Below, piece by piece: positions 29,597 to 41,064 of a DNA stretch of 64,000 nt. Made by a program: the position numbers and the translations under genes. This stretch comes from Candidatus Micrarchaeota archaeon (GTDB taxonomy: Archaea; Micrarchaeota; Micrarchaeia; Anstonellales; JAHKLY01), in assembly GCA_020854825.1 (NCBI GenBank), contig JAHKLY010000003.1, positions 38 through 64,037 on the forward strand, in the 5' to 3' direction. The notes beneath the pieces are model-generated. The model was given only the letters and a program-made list of their open reading frames with translations. It had not been told where the DNA came from and searched no databases. The stretch's first letter is position 1; every line of letters starts with the position of its first letter.

Positions 29597-30466
29597 ATGG
29601 TTAAGAAGAAAATAAAGCCTAATATTAAAAAAATAAAAAAATTAGATAAAAAACAGACTAAATCAAATATTAAGATTAAAAAAAATAATGGAGATGGAAC
29701 TGCAAGAGTTCACGTCGGAGTCCCCGGATTTGAAGATCTAATACAAGGAGGGATACCAAGTGGATACGCAGTTTTAGTAGAAGGAGGTCCTGGTTCAGGA
29801 AAAACTATTTTCTGCTTACAATCCATGTATAACTTATGTAAACAAGGAAAAAAAGTATTATACATGTCTTTTGAAGAACCTGAAGATAGATTAATGTCAC
29901 ATATGAAATCATTTGGTTGGGATATTGAACCTTTTGTTAAAAAAGGCACATTAAAAATAAAAAGATTTGATGCATTAGATATAGCACGAAGTGTTGAAGC
30001 TTTATTGAGTGCTGCTAAAAAAGAATTATTAATTGATGTTGAACCTATGTTCTTCCCAGAAGATTTTGAACCTGAAACAGTTATGGTTGATTCATTAACT
30101 TCTATTGCTTCTGCATTTAGTGGAGAAGAAAATAGATTCAGAATTTATATGGAACAATTATTTAGATACTTAGAATCTAAACAAATCACTTCTTTTTTGA
30201 TTAGAGAAGTTCCAATACCTACACATATGGGTAATGTTATGTGGGGAAGAGCAGAAGAAGCAGTATCTTTCTTATCAGATGGAATAATAGCAATATATAA
30301 TGTAATTCACGATAATGGGAAAAGAGAGAGTGCAATTGAAGTCATTAAAATGAGAGGTACACATATTAACAAAAAAATAGTTAGTATGACTATAACAGAT
30401 AAGGGATTAACAATCTATCCTGGAAAAATACTAGAAGGGATACATACACAAGTTAAACTAACTTAA
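29597..30466 (+). CDS. KaiC-like RecA-superfamily ATPase (KaiC/ArlH/RadA-paralog type)
   Basis: GVPGFEDLIQGGIPSGYAVLVEGGPGSGKTIFCLQ (KaiC-domain Walker A context). Lys-rich N-terminal tail. Confidence 0.8.
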   Translation: MVKKKIKPNIKKIKKLDKKQTKSNIKIKKNNGDGTARVHVGVPGFEDLIQGGIPSGYAVLVEGGPGSGKTIFCLQSMYNLCKQGKKVLYMSFEEPEDRLMSHMKSFGWDIEPFVKKGTLKIKRFDALDIARSVEALLSAAKKELLIDVEPMFFPEDFEPETVMVDSLTSIASAFSGEENRFRIYMEQLFRYLESKQITSFLIREVPIPTHMGNVMWGRAEEAVSFLSDGIIAIYNVIHDNGKRESAIEVIKMRGTHINKKIVSMTITDKGLTIYPGKILEGIHTQVKLT

Positions 30467-30481
30467 ACTTTTAAACTTCTT

Positions 30482-31456
30482 TTATTTTTTATTTGATTTT
30501 GATTCATCTTTGAATTTATGGCCTTTGATTTTTTCATTTGTTTTGAATATTTCTTCTTCTAAAATTGGTACTTGTCTATCTATATCTCTTATTAAATCTG
30601 CAAATTTATTCATTCTTATATGAAATACTGTTTCTGGCATTTTTTTATTCTCAAAATATTCATTTTGTGTTTTTTTGATTAATTGTTTTAATACTTCTTT
30701 TTCTAATTTTATTTTATTTAATTGTCTTTTTAACCAATATCTTTTAAGATAATTCCTTAGAAAATAGAAAACCACACTTAAAATAATTATTCCTGATACA
30801 ATATAATATTTGTTTTGGTCTAGGAAATTACCAATTGTTTTTGTTGCTGCATCATATAATGCAAGCAATAAGTTTTCACCTGCTATTATGTGTGACATGT
30901 CATTATATGTTTTATCTATTAATTCTTGCGCTTTTTCATACCTTTCATCATAAAACTCTTGTCTTGCAAGATTAAAATTTTCATTTAATTGTGTTTTATT
31001 TAAAGAATCATCCAATGTATTAATTTCATTTCTTAAATTAATTAATTCATCACTTATTTGAAAGGATAGACTTCTTAAGTTTGATACTTCTGTTGCTTTT
31101 AAATATATATTACTATAATCCGGCCTGCCCCCTAATTTTTCTAAAGCCAATTGTGCTTCATAGGTTTGTTCTGCCATTAAAATTAAATCTTGGACTCTTT
31201 CTGTATTGAACCCTTGAGCTTTCATTTGATCTACCAATATCTTTGAATCCTCTATCTTTTGATATGCTCTAATAGAATCCTCTGAGGGTTCAAATATTAG
31301 TTCTTCGATTGTTTCATTTGTTATGTTTTGTTCTGCTGGTTCTTCTACTTTAAATAAATCTTCATAAGGTATACATCCAGGCAAACAAATGGTTGGATTA
31401 AAAGATGAAAATATTAAAGCTGTAAATATTAATACAGTTAGTATTAGTTTTTTCAT
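30482..31456 (-). CDS. Membrane protein: signal peptide, extracellular coiled-coil region, one TM, basic cytoplasmic tail; translationally coupled to the giant protein gene
   Basis: 324 aa. Start overlaps the stop of 31453..41064 by ATGA. Confidence 0.65.
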   Translation of the reverse strand: MKKLILTVLIFTALIFSSFNPTICLPGCIPYEDLFKVEEPAEQNITNETIEELIFEPSEDSIRAYQKIEDSKILVDQMKAQGFNTERVQDLILMAEQTYEAQLALEKLGGRPDYSNIYLKATEVSNLRSLSFQISDELINLRNEINTLDDSLNKTQLNENFNLARQEFYDERYEKAQELIDKTYNDMSHIIAGENLLLALYDAATKTIGNFLDQNKYYIVSGIIILSVVFYFLRNYLKRYWLKRQLNKIKLEKEVLKQLIKKTQNEYFENKKMPETVFHIRMNKFADLIRDIDRQVPILEEEIFKTNEKIKGHKFKDESKSNKK

Positions 31457-34400
31457 CTTTTTACACCCCTATTAAATATTTTAGTTACTATGCTCCTTTG
31501 TTTTTGTAATACAGATTCTGCATCTAATAATGCTAATCTTTCTTCAATATCTCCTACTCTTTCTGAATATGCATGCATCATATTCATATATACTCTTGTA
31601 TCTATTTTTTGCTCCACCATATAATTTTCTTGTAATTCTTTTATCAATACAATTAATCTGTCTCTCTCATTAGTTAATCTTGTTTTTTCAGTCATAAACT
31701 GCATTTTAGCTAAATGCTCCATTTGAGACTTTTTAGTTTCTGTTTCTATTATCCCTTGAACTATTTTACCCAATCTTTTTTCATATTGTAAAATCGCCTG
31801 TTCATATTCCCTCATACTCATTTTTTTGTTTTTGAATGTATCTTCTTGTACAACTTTCATTAATCCTAATACTACTTCTTTTTCATGATTAAATACTTTA
31901 AGCTGTTTTATTATTGCACTCCATCTTAATTGCATAAATGCAATAAATAAAACAACAGATATTGCAATCATAGATATTGCTAATTCTTTTGAATTTGTTT
32001 TTATGAAAAATAATATATTAAATTCTCCTTTTGTTTCTAATGCATATGTTAGTTTTGCTTCATTTAATCTATCTAATGCTGTTGCGAAATCTCCTCTTTG
32101 AGCTGCTAACATTGCAAGATTATATAATCTTTGGGTGTTATCTATTGAAATTTCTCTTTCTAAAGCTGAGTCAATATCCCTTTTTAAATTTTTCATTTCA
32201 GTATATACTTGAAATGAATATTTATAATCCGAAAATATTTTTTCTACTTCATCTCTTGCTCCTTCATAATCTCTTGCTTGTATTAGGTTTTTTGCATTTT
32301 CTAAATATCTATTTACTTTTTCTGTGTTAAATCCATTTGAGAGCATATCTTGAACATGTATCTCTGCTTGCTCTACCAATATTTCAACTTCTTCTTTGCT
32401 TAATTCATGTATTTCTAATGTTACTTCTCTCTTTTCATTCATGTTCATATATATTATTGTATCATTTGTTTCTCTTACTGCTGTGCCTGTAATATATATT
32501 ATTAATTTATGAGTTCCTTTAGTGAAATACGTTGGTGCTACTATATTTATTCTTACTGTTTCACTTTGATTAACTCCTATTTTATCAAAATATGTTGGTG
32601 TTGCAGATAAATATTTAGATAATAATCCGGTTATCTCAACATTTACATCTTCTAAAGTTACATCATCAAATGGATTTTCTATTGTTAGTAAGAAATATTT
32701 ATCTTCTCCTCTCACTAATTCATAAAATGCTTCTGTATTAAATAATCTTTCTAATTCCTCCTCTGAAATTTGCACTGTTGTATCTGGTTGTTTTATAATC
32801 ACCTTTCCCCCACTGCTACTTCCTGATGAGCCTCCTCCAGGTGTACCACTGCCACCGGGTGGGGGTTTTATTGGAGGCGTTTCTTCAATTATTTCTCCAA
32901 ATTCAGTAACCATTGTTACATTCACACTTTCAGTATCATTTGAATCTAACGAATTTGCAAAAACAGTTACTGTTTTTGTTCCTTCTTGTCCTAATGGAAC
33001 ACTTACTGTTATTGAAGAATCTGCTGATTGTCCATTAATTAATTCTCCTACAATTAATGGATTAGTTCCAGATGTTATTGTCCAACTATCTGGGAGAGTC
33101 CAGTTTAAAGTAACATTTTCTGCTGTATCCCTTCCCCAATTAACTGCTCTTGCTACAAATCTTCCAGGCTCCCCGCCTGGAACTAATGTTGATGGATAAG
33201 ATCTCATTTCTAAATGTAAATATGAACCATTTGTTGGTATTATAATTAATGTTCTGCTGATTGTTTGTGTAAATGTTTCATTATCTTCATTTGTATAAGT
33301 GAAAATTAAATTCACTGGTGTTTCTCCAACTCCTAATGTAGTTGTATCTGCAAAGAAAGAGGTTGTATTTTCTTGTGTTGTTGATAAATTGAAGTTCGTT
33401 TCATTTGCCCATACATTTATCCAAGAAGTGGTTATAGTTAAAGTGAAATTTAAATCTCCAGTATTTGTAAAATTTACTTGGCCTAATTCATTTGCTGATG
33501 CTCTTTCATCCATAAAGATTATGAAATTTTCTTGTGGTAAGTTTGTATCATCAATTTCCAATGTAGTATCATAAAAGATCGGAATATTCATTATTTGAGT
33601 TGCAGAATTATCTGCAGTATCATTGAAATATGCTACTACTGTCCAGTTGCCTTCATCTAATGTGATTGATTTATTATAAATACTGCCTGTTTGTATTAAA
33701 TTTGTTGTATAATTTAATGCTCCTTTCCAATAAACTAAATAGTAATCTGTTATCGTGCCTTTATCTGTCACATTAAATGTAAAAGTAACTACTTGGGAAG
33801 GGGGGTCTAAATCTGCTTCATCCGAAGGATTGTATGAGTAATTATGTATTACTGGAGGAGTAACGTCTTCTACTGTTATTATCATGCTTACAGTATTATT
33901 ATTGCCTGCCAAATCAAATGCTGTTGAATTACAATAAAATATTCCTGGAGTTATTTGTGCAACATCTGATATGGTGTAATTAACTTTTCCTGCAGTGAAA
34001 GTTTTGGTTTGTGTTACTACTGACCCGTTTAGATTTGAATATATAATTGAATGATTTAAGTATGTGTCTGCCCATTCAAATACACATGCTATTGATTGAT
34101 TATCTATTGTAATATTTGGCATTGTATAATTATCTACTAAATTCGGAGGGGTTGTGTCTATTATTAAATTTACTGAAGTACTTCCTCTGTTTTTATTTAC
34201 TGATGAATCATTTGCATAAATATTAATATTGTGCACTCCTTGTGCTAAATTTAATGTTCCATTCCACTCATACGTACTTATTCTTGTTAGATTGTAGTAT
34301 GAGCCTGCATAATAATATTCAACAATATCGCACGGCTCATTTACTGATACCTCTATTGGAACATTTAATGAATTATGGTATGACCCGCTTGATGGGGCAG

Positions 34401-37400
34401 TAACACTAACCTCTGGCGGAGTTAAGTCATCATATGTTGAATCAATACTAAAATTGACTGTCGCTGTGTCTACATTGCCATAAGTATCATTTGCATAAAT
34501 TACTAATGAATAATTATATCCTCCAACTTGGTCATTTAAATTAGTTAATTCCCCCCTCCAATTTAAGGGTGTGTTTTGTGTTAAAGTAATATTTGAACTG
34601 CATGGGGCAGAACCTGATATATTGTTTAAACAATAAAATACACTTTGTGGTGCTCTGTCTAAATTTACTCTTATACTTATATTTACAGTAGTATACGTCA
34701 TTGGGCTTGGTGAGAATATACTTATTTGGGGGGGTGTTGAAATTACATTAAAACTTCCTGAAAAATCTAAACTTGAGAATTCATTGTATTCGTCATATAA
34801 AAACACATACCAATTTATTGTTACATCTTCAGCAGGTGTTGTGTAAGTGCATGCTAAATTTTCTTCACCTGTTGAATTGCATAACTGGTATGTTGGATTT
34901 GCTTTACATAAGTTTTTATTTGAAATATTACAGATTATTAAAGTCATATTTTGTGCGTCTTGGTCTGAACTAACAGTTGTGAAATTTATGGGGCTGTTTC
35001 CGCCAACACCAGCAGAACTTGGGCTTCTTGTAATACTTGTAAATACAGGCAATCTATTTATACGTAATAAATATGAAACATTTTGCTGATTCCCAGGAGT
35101 ATCTATTGAATGATAATTAAGATATACCGGGCCTCTCATAGTATTTCCTAAAGAAATTAATTCTCCGTTATCTATTAAAGAGCCAGCATTATGCGTTACT
35201 GTGCAGTTTGAATCTTTTTGTACACAATAATAGGTAGCTATTCCTGCAGGCCCGTACAGATTATCTGTTTCTGTTAATTGTAATATATATGTTGGTATTA
35301 CGTATTCATCTATTGCTTGTGCTGTTATATTTATGGAGGAGGTGGGTGCTATCCAATCTGCACCAAAAATTACATGTTTATTATTTGCTGCTGTGTTTTT
35401 ATTTCCTGCATTGTCTATGCATGAAATATAAAGTGTTTTTGAAGTAAATTGAGTTGGTGTTGAAAAAGTGCAGTTTACATTTGTTCCTGAAACTGTACAA
35501 AGTTCTAATGCATCATCATAACCTAAATCAGTTTCTGCATATTTGCATCCAGTTACATTTTCATTACTTGATAATTGTATTAATGTAGTTCCATCATTTA
35601 TTCTATCATAATATGGGGCAGATAAATCTTCTGCTACACTTACTATTGTTAAGACTGGTGCAGAATTATCAGATTCATAAGTGGATTGGATTAATCTTGA
35701 ATATACATCTGCATCAAATAATTTACATTTAACCGTCATAGTCGCAGAATATGTTGGTGCTTGTAAAGCACAGTATAATTCGCTGTAATTTGTTGTGTAT
35801 GTTGGTGTGTTTGTACATTCATAATTTGATTGTGTTGGGTTTGTTCCGTCTTGTGTACAAACAAAAATTAAAGAAGTATTATCCCCATCTATTACCTTTA
35901 CTGGGGTGACATTTACTATTTCACTGCTGCCAACTGCAGTTGGATGAACCGTGTTTCCTAAGAACGGCCTTATTTTTATACTGTAATACACTTGGCCTAT
36001 TTGGGTGCCGTCTAATCTTAATCTTGCTTCTAAATTTAATACTCCATTTTGAGTTATGTTATCAGGTATACTGTAATTACATCCCCAATAGTTTTCGCCA
36101 TTTCCTGCTGTGTTATTTGTTCCTTGACATAAAGGAGCTCCTCCTGGCAGATGGAATGTAACATTATTTATTGTTGTTTCACCCATTGTTTCATTGAATT
36201 CAATATAAATTGTATCATTTAAATCAAATTCAGTGCCTGCAATAGGCAAAATAAATTCACCATTATAAGTGCATCTTAAATAACAAATATCAGAACCTGC
36301 TCTATCAGATGTATCACACCAAACTTGATTATATGTATTAGTATCAAGATCATAAATATCAAAATATGAAGGACCTGCTGTTTCTTGGTTAAAGCATACA
36401 TAATCATTGTTAAATATATTTCCCGTTGAAGTTGCAAGAGCATAAATCCCATATAAAGTGTTTTGGCTTATTCTATTATCTGAAAAAGTATTTGTATCCC
36501 CATTATCAAGATAAATTCCATATAAAGTATTATTTGAGGCGGTGTTGTTTGTTAAAACATTAGTTGTTGAAGCACGAATAAGAATCCCACTTAGTGTGTT
36601 TGAATGAGCAGTATTGTTAGTGAGTGTGTTTGAATTGGTAGAGGAATATAGATAAAACCCATTTCGTATATTGGAATAAACTGTATTGTGCTGAAAATTA
36701 TTTGAGGGTGTAGAAACAGTATAAATGCCATTATAACCATTGGAGTAGATTGTATTTTCTGAAATTGTGTTTAAAGTTGCAGTGCTGCCATAAAGGTCAA
36801 TCCCATTTTGAATATTTGAGAATATAGAATTGTTCGTGATGATATTTGATGGTGAGTAATCAACTTTAACTCCACTTAGAATATTAGTGGAGATTGTGTT
36901 ATTAATGAGGGAGTTTGTACCACCATAGTAAATAAAAACACCGTGTTGGATGTTAGAGTGAATTACATTTCTTGAGAGGACATTTAACTGCACTGCTACT
37001 AAATAGACTCCACTTAAGGTATTGGAATAAATGGTATTGTTGGTGAGGATATTTGAATTGGCTGAATCATACAAATAAATTCCATATTGGGTGTTGGAAT
37101 AAATAACATTTTCAGTGATGGTATTTGATGTGGTAGTACCTCTCAAATAAACCCCACTTTGTGTGTTGGAATAGAGAGTGTTCTTTGAAATGTTGTTTGA
37201 GTTTGAATTCCAATATAAGTATATCCCATTGTTAGCATTGTTATATGCTTCATTTTCTAGTATGTTATTATCATAACTGGTTTCAAAATAAAAACCATTT
37301 AGTACATTATTCAATGATTTACATCCTGTGATCGTATTATTGTGTGAACTCGTGCCGGTGCCCAGAAAAGTAAAACCCCCGTAAGTATTATTTGCAGTGC

Positions 37401-40400
37401 TATTTATCACGTAAATATTATTTGTGTTTAAAAAAAGAAAACCATCACTTTTCTTTGCCCCGTTGTTAACTGTTACATTGATTATATCCACATTATTTGA
37501 ATTTGCGACTATCACTTGTGCACAGGAATTGGTATTGAGTATCTGAGCCCCTCCACTTTGGCTTATTATTGAACAAATGGGTAAATTATTGATCCCCCCC
37601 GTATTATTCTCAAAACCAATCGGGATGCTCGTAGCATCTAATGATACTGACCACCATGTGTTGTTATACAACTGATTATTCTCTATGCGAGGATTTGTAC
37701 TACTAATGATATATAACCCATTGCGAGTATTATCATATACTCTATTGTTGGATATTGTGTTTGTGTTTGAACTGCTTAAATAAATACCGTTTTGAGTGTT
37801 TGAATAAACAGTATTATTTGTGATAGTATTAGTAATTGTTCCGGAATACACATAAATTCCTTGTTGAGTATTTGAATAAACAGTATTACTTGATATGGTA
37901 TTCAAGGTTGAATAGTAATAAATGTAAATACCATTGTGGTTGTTAGAGTAAATAGTGTTATTTAATATGGAATTACTTGAAGCACGATAGGTGTAAATAC
38001 CATTTTGGGTGTTGGAATAAATAGTATTACCTCTGATCGTATTTGAATCGACATAATTGTAAAGATATATCCCATGTTGAGTATTTGAATAAATAGTGTT
38101 ACCCTCTATGGTATTGAAATTGATATAACCAGCAAAATATATTCCATGAATCCCATTATTGCGGATAGTATTGTTTATGTAATGATTATATATTGATCTA
38201 AAAGAGCTTGCACCTTCTGCATAAATCCCATATTGAGTATTGTAAGCAATTGTGTTGTTGATTACATCATTATAATTAAATTGATATGTGTGAATTCCAT
38301 GCCAAGTATTATAAGTAAAAACATTGTTTATTATTGTATTATTTGATGCACCTACTTGACTCATTAAACCACTAACACAAACAGTAGCAGTATTCCCTTC
38401 AATTCTATTAAGTTGTGACGCACCTTGGATATAAAATCCATATTGATATCTAGTAACTAAACAATTAGAAACTGTGTTGTTGGTTCTAACATTCATGTAA
38501 ATCCCGTAGCCATCACTATCTATACCGTCAAAAGTAGAACCATTACAATTTAAAGTTACATTATTTGCTGCTATGGTTATCGCACCTTCAGCTGCACCTA
38601 CATTCACAGTATATGATTTGTTACATAAAGTTATGTCAGCCCCTTCGTCCTCAATAATAAAATAATTTCCTATTCTTCTTATTTTTCCCTGATACGTTGC
38701 TGCATTGTCTAAATCAACACATCCTTCATAATTACAGGTATTATCACATCCAGAGGGAGTTCCGCTTATGTTTGCCAAGTCGCACCAAGCACCTGCATAA
38801 TCATTATTATCCAAATCCCATATATCATAATACCACTGATTTGGGCCTGGGTCATGAAGATAATTATCGCAAAATCTTGTACTGGGAAAAACATTTCCAG
38901 TTGCAGTTGATTCTGCATATAATCCATAATATAAATTACTTGTAAAATTAACTGCTGAAAAATTATTACTAGTTGCAGTGTTAAGATAAATACCATAATA
39001 CGAATTGGATATGCGACTGTCTGTGAAATTATTATCGTGACTATTGATCATAACCAATCCATCGCTTTCAACTCCAGTATTATCAATTGTTATATTATGA
39101 AAATTAGATTCATTAACATTACAAATTAATAATTGTGAGAATATTTCATCAGCTATTGATAAACTAGTTGAATCATGGTAATAACCAATAGCCTCGCCTG
39201 CACCTGCTGTATTGTCTGTTAATTCATTATCACATGAAGAAAGGTCAACCATGACTGCATATTTCCCATTATTCTCAATATCATTTAAGGATATATCATT
39301 ATTTATTGAATTTAAAGTAAGATAAATGCCGTACTCATTGTTTTGAATTATATTTTGATTTAAATGGGAATCTGTTGTAAAATCAAGGTTTATCCCATAT
39401 GTATTATAAAATAGATTATTAGATGAAAATTCATGCCCTGATGAGCTAATTGCATTTATGCCTATATTATTAAATGTAAAATTACTATTTGTTATAGTTA
39501 CATTATCACGAGTTATTCTAACACCTGTGCCAAAATTTCGTATATCACAATCCACAAGTGTAAAAAAATCTTTGCTAGTAGTTATAGCAATATCCCCAGT
39601 ATCATTGTCACCAATAATTGAATACCCTTTACAATCAAGAGTTACATTAGTGGCAGTTACATAAAAACAGCTCCCAATTGTTGAAATATTTGCAGTTAGA
39701 TTATATACTGCATCTGCTTCGTTTAAATTGCCACAAGCACTAATAGTATAAGAGCTAAAATGTGATACATTAAATATTACGTATTCATTATCTTGAATAA
39801 ATGGAATATCTGAATGTTCCCATAAGGAACATTCTAAAGTTTCTTCATTAAAATTTTCATCAGAACAATATAACACAGATAAAATCAATTGGTTTGGGTC
39901 TGATTTTTTAATATAAATTGTTGCTGACTCAACATCTTGATTTTGTAAAGGTTGAATATATAATATTTTTTCATTGTTTAAATGATTTCTTCCAGTTATA
40001 AATTTAAAATCTTCAGAAATTTCTTCTTTTCTTTCTAAGCCTTTTCTTTTATTCAAAAGTCTTGCTTGAGAAGCAGTCTCTTGACCAAATGATTTATCAA
40101 TTTTTTCTCCATTTGAAAGTTTTATAGAAACAAAAATATCATCATTAATTAATATTTCTTGTTCTTTACATTCTCCTAAAATAGTGCAATCAAATCCTTC
40201 TTCACATCCACATATAGAACAAACTGGGGCTAATTCTTGATTTAATAAACAGTATAAAGGTTTAGTAATAGAACATGTATCTATTAATGTTCTATCTTCA
40301 CACATTAATGACACGTTTAGATCTGTTTCATTCATTTCAATAGTTTCATTTAATTCTGTTTCATTTAGATCTTCATTTTCATCTACTTCTGGTATAATCT

Positions 40401-41064
40401 CATCTAATTCATCAATTTCTGTGGGTATAGTTTCTACTTCTAAAACTTGTAAAGTAAAAAGATCAGATGTGTTTTCTTCTAAATCAGAACAAATTATTTC
40501 ATAGTAAAAATTACCAATTAAAGGATTTTCCCAAAATATTTCACCTGTTTGATTATTTATATCCCAATGAGTTGAATTATCATAATAATAAATTATATCA
40601 TTATCTAAATCAGAACAAATTATATTATAATTAAAAGTTTCATTTTCATAAATTGAAAAATCTTGTAATGGATTTATAAAAAAAGGAGGGCTATTAAAAA
40701 TTGTTGTTGATTTTTCATAAGTATTTGTAATATTATTTTGTATTATATCTAATTCACAAAAAACATCTCCTTTTTGTGTTTCTGATGAAAATAAAGTTGA
40801 ATTGAAAATTTGTGTTGAATTATTATTAAACTTATAAGATATTTCTTCCTGTTTTAATAGTTTTTCATTAGAAAACCATTGAAAAATAGAATTAAAAGAT
40901 TCATTTTCATAACCTTCAATTTCTGCTGAACATATTAAATTATCTTCAGTAGTTGCATTAGAAGGCAATAAACTAATTATTGGTATACTTAATGAAATAA
41001 GCATAGGTATAATTAACATTAAAACTAAAATCGTTTTTAATCTCCCTTTCATTGAAGAATACAC
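31453..41064 (-). CDS. Giant (3203 aa) cell-surface protein: signal peptide, long arrays of right-handed parallel beta-helix (PbH1-like) repeats, Gly/Ser/Pro linker, C-terminal TM anchor and cytoplasmic coiled-coil tail
   Basis: Uninterrupted 9.6-kb ORF. Dozens of NTIYSNTQNGIYLY-type repeats. TPPIKPPPGGSGTPGGGSSGSSSGG linker. Hydrophobic ISMIAISVVLFIAFM segment near the C-terminus. Confidence 0.85.
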   Translation of the reverse strand: MYSSMKGRLKTILVLMLIIPMLISLSIPIISLLPSNATTEDNLICSAEIEGYENESFNSIFQWFSNEKLLKQEEISYKFNNNSTQIFNSTLFSSETQKGDVFCELDIIQNNITNTYEKSTTIFNSPPFFINPLQDFSIYENETFNYNIICSDLDNDIIYYYDNSTHWDINNQTGEIFWENPLIGNFYYEIICSDLEENTSDLFTLQVLEVETIPTEIDELDEIIPEVDENEDLNETELNETIEMNETDLNVSLMCEDRTLIDTCSITKPLYCLLNQELAPVCSICGCEEGFDCTILGECKEQEILINDDIFVSIKLSNGEKIDKSFGQETASQARLLNKRKGLERKEEISEDFKFITGRNHLNNEKILYIQPLQNQDVESATIYIKKSDPNQLILSVLYCSDENFNEETLECSLWEHSDIPFIQDNEYVIFNVSHFSSYTISACGNLNEADAVYNLTANISTIGSCFYVTATNVTLDCKGYSIIGDNDTGDIAITTSKDFFTLVDCDIRNFGTGVRITRDNVTITNSNFTFNNIGINAISSSGHEFSSNNLFYNTYGINLDFTTDSHLNQNIIQNNEYGIYLTLNSINNDISLNDIENNGKYAVMVDLSSCDNELTDNTAGAGEAIGYYHDSTSLSIADEIFSQLLICNVNESNFHNITIDNTGVESDGLVMINSHDNNFTDSRISNSYYGIYLNTATSNNFSAVNFTSNLYYGLYAESTATGNVFPSTRFCDNYLHDPGPNQWYYDIWDLDNNDYAGAWCDLANISGTPSGCDNTCNYEGCVDLDNAATYQGKIRRIGNYFIIEDEGADITLCNKSYTVNVGAAEGAITIAANNVTLNCNGSTFDGIDSDGYGIYMNVRTNNTVSNCLVTRYQYGFYIQGASQLNRIEGNTATVCVSGLMSQVGASNNTIINNVFTYNTWHGIHTYQFNYNDVINNTIAYNTQYGIYAEGASSFRSIYNHYINNTIRNNGIHGIYFAGYINFNTIEGNTIYSNTQHGIYLYNYVDSNTIRGNTIYSNTQNGIYTYRASSNSILNNTIYSNNHNGIYIYYYSTLNTISSNTVYSNTQQGIYVYSGTITNTITNNTVYSNTQNGIYLSSSNTNTISNNRVYDNTRNGLYIISSTNPRIENNQLYNNTWWSVSLDATSIPIGFENNTGGINNLPICSIISQSGGAQILNTNSCAQVIVANSNNVDIINVTVNNGAKKSDGFLFLNTNNIYVINSTANNTYGGFTFLGTGTSSHNNTITGCKSLNNVLNGFYFETSYDNNILENEAYNNANNGIYLYWNSNSNNISKNTLYSNTQSGVYLRGTTTSNTITENVIYSNTQYGIYLYDSANSNILTNNTIYSNTLSGVYLVAVQLNVLSRNVIHSNIQHGVFIYYGGTNSLINNTISTNILSGVKVDYSPSNIITNNSIFSNIQNGIDLYGSTATLNTISENTIYSNGYNGIYTVSTPSNNFQHNTVYSNIRNGFYLYSSTNSNTLTNNTAHSNTLSGILIRASTTNVLTNNTASNNTLYGIYLDNGDTNTFSDNRISQNTLYGIYALATSTGNIFNNDYVCFNQETAGPSYFDIYDLDTNTYNQVWCDTSDRAGSDICYLRCTYNGEFILPIAGTEFDLNDTIYIEFNETMGETTINNVTFHLPGGAPLCQGTNNTAGNGENYWGCNYSIPDNITQNGVLNLEARLRLDGTQIGQVYYSIKIRPFLGNTVHPTAVGSSEIVNVTPVKVIDGDNTSLIFVCTQDGTNPTQSNYECTNTPTYTTNYSELYCALQAPTYSATMTVKCKLFDADVYSRLIQSTYESDNSAPVLTIVSVAEDLSAPYYDRINDGTTLIQLSSNENVTGCKYAETDLGYDDALELCTVSGTNVNCTFSTPTQFTSKTLYISCIDNAGNKNTAANNKHVIFGADWIAPTSSINITAQAIDEYVIPTYILQLTETDNLYGPAGIATYYCVQKDSNCTVTHNAGSLIDNGELISLGNTMRGPVYLNYHSIDTPGNQQNVSYLLRINRLPVFTSITRSPSSAGVGGNSPINFTTVSSDQDAQNMTLIICNISNKNLCKANPTYQLCNSTGEENLACTYTTPAEDVTINWYVFLYDEYNEFSSLDFSGSFNVISTPPQISIFSPSPMTYTTVNISIRVNLDRAPQSVFYCLNNISGSAPCSSNITLTQNTPLNWRGELTNLNDQVGGYNYSLVIYANDTYGNVDTATVNFSIDSTYDDLTPPEVSVTAPSSGSYHNSLNVPIEVSVNEPCDIVEYYYAGSYYNLTRISTYEWNGTLNLAQGVHNINIYANDSSVNKNRGSTSVNLIIDTTPPNLVDNYTMPNITIDNQSIACVFEWADTYLNHSIIYSNLNGSVVTQTKTFTAGKVNYTISDVAQITPGIFYCNSTAFDLAGNNNTVSMIITVEDVTPPVIHNYSYNPSDEADLDPPSQVVTFTFNVTDKGTITDYYLVYWKGALNYTTNLIQTGSIYNKSITLDEGNWTVVAYFNDTADNSATQIMNIPIFYDTTLEIDDTNLPQENFIIFMDERASANELGQVNFTNTGDLNFTLTITTSWINVWANETNFNLSTTQENTTSFFADTTTLGVGETPVNLIFTYTNEDNETFTQTISRTLIIIPTNGSYLHLEMRSYPSTLVPGGEPGRFVARAVNWGRDTAENVTLNWTLPDSWTITSGTNPLIVGELINGQSADSSITVSVPLGQEGTKTVTVFANSLDSNDTESVNVTMVTEFGEIIEETPPIKPPPGGSGTPGGGSSGSSSGGKVIIKQPDTTVQISEEELERLFNTEAFYELVRGEDKYFLLTIENPFDDVTLEDVNVEITGLLSKYLSATPTYFDKIGVNQSETVRINIVAPTYFTKGTHKLIIYITGTAVRETNDTIIYMNMNEKREVTLEIHELSKEEVEILVEQAEIHVQDMLSNGFNTEKVNRYLENAKNLIQARDYEGARDEVEKIFSDYKYSFQVYTEMKNLKRDIDSALEREISIDNTQRLYNLAMLAAQRGDFATALDRLNEAKLTYALETKGEFNILFFIKTNSKELAISMIAISVVLFIAFMQLRWSAIIKQLKVFNHEKEVVLGLMKVVQEDTFKNKKMSMREYEQAILQYEKRLGKIVQGIIETETKKSQMEHLAKMQFMTEKTRLTNERDRLIVLIKELQENYMVEQKIDTRVYMNMMHAYSERVGDIEERLALLDAESVLQKQRSIVTKIFNRGVKR

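Noticed and set aside
32031-39664. Plus-strand ORFs inside the giant gene (32031, 33299, 34773, 34847, 35940, 38697, 39458) and minus 38766..38996
   Set aside because: Short antisense or out-of-frame ORFs within a 9.6-kb coding region. Low-complexity translations.
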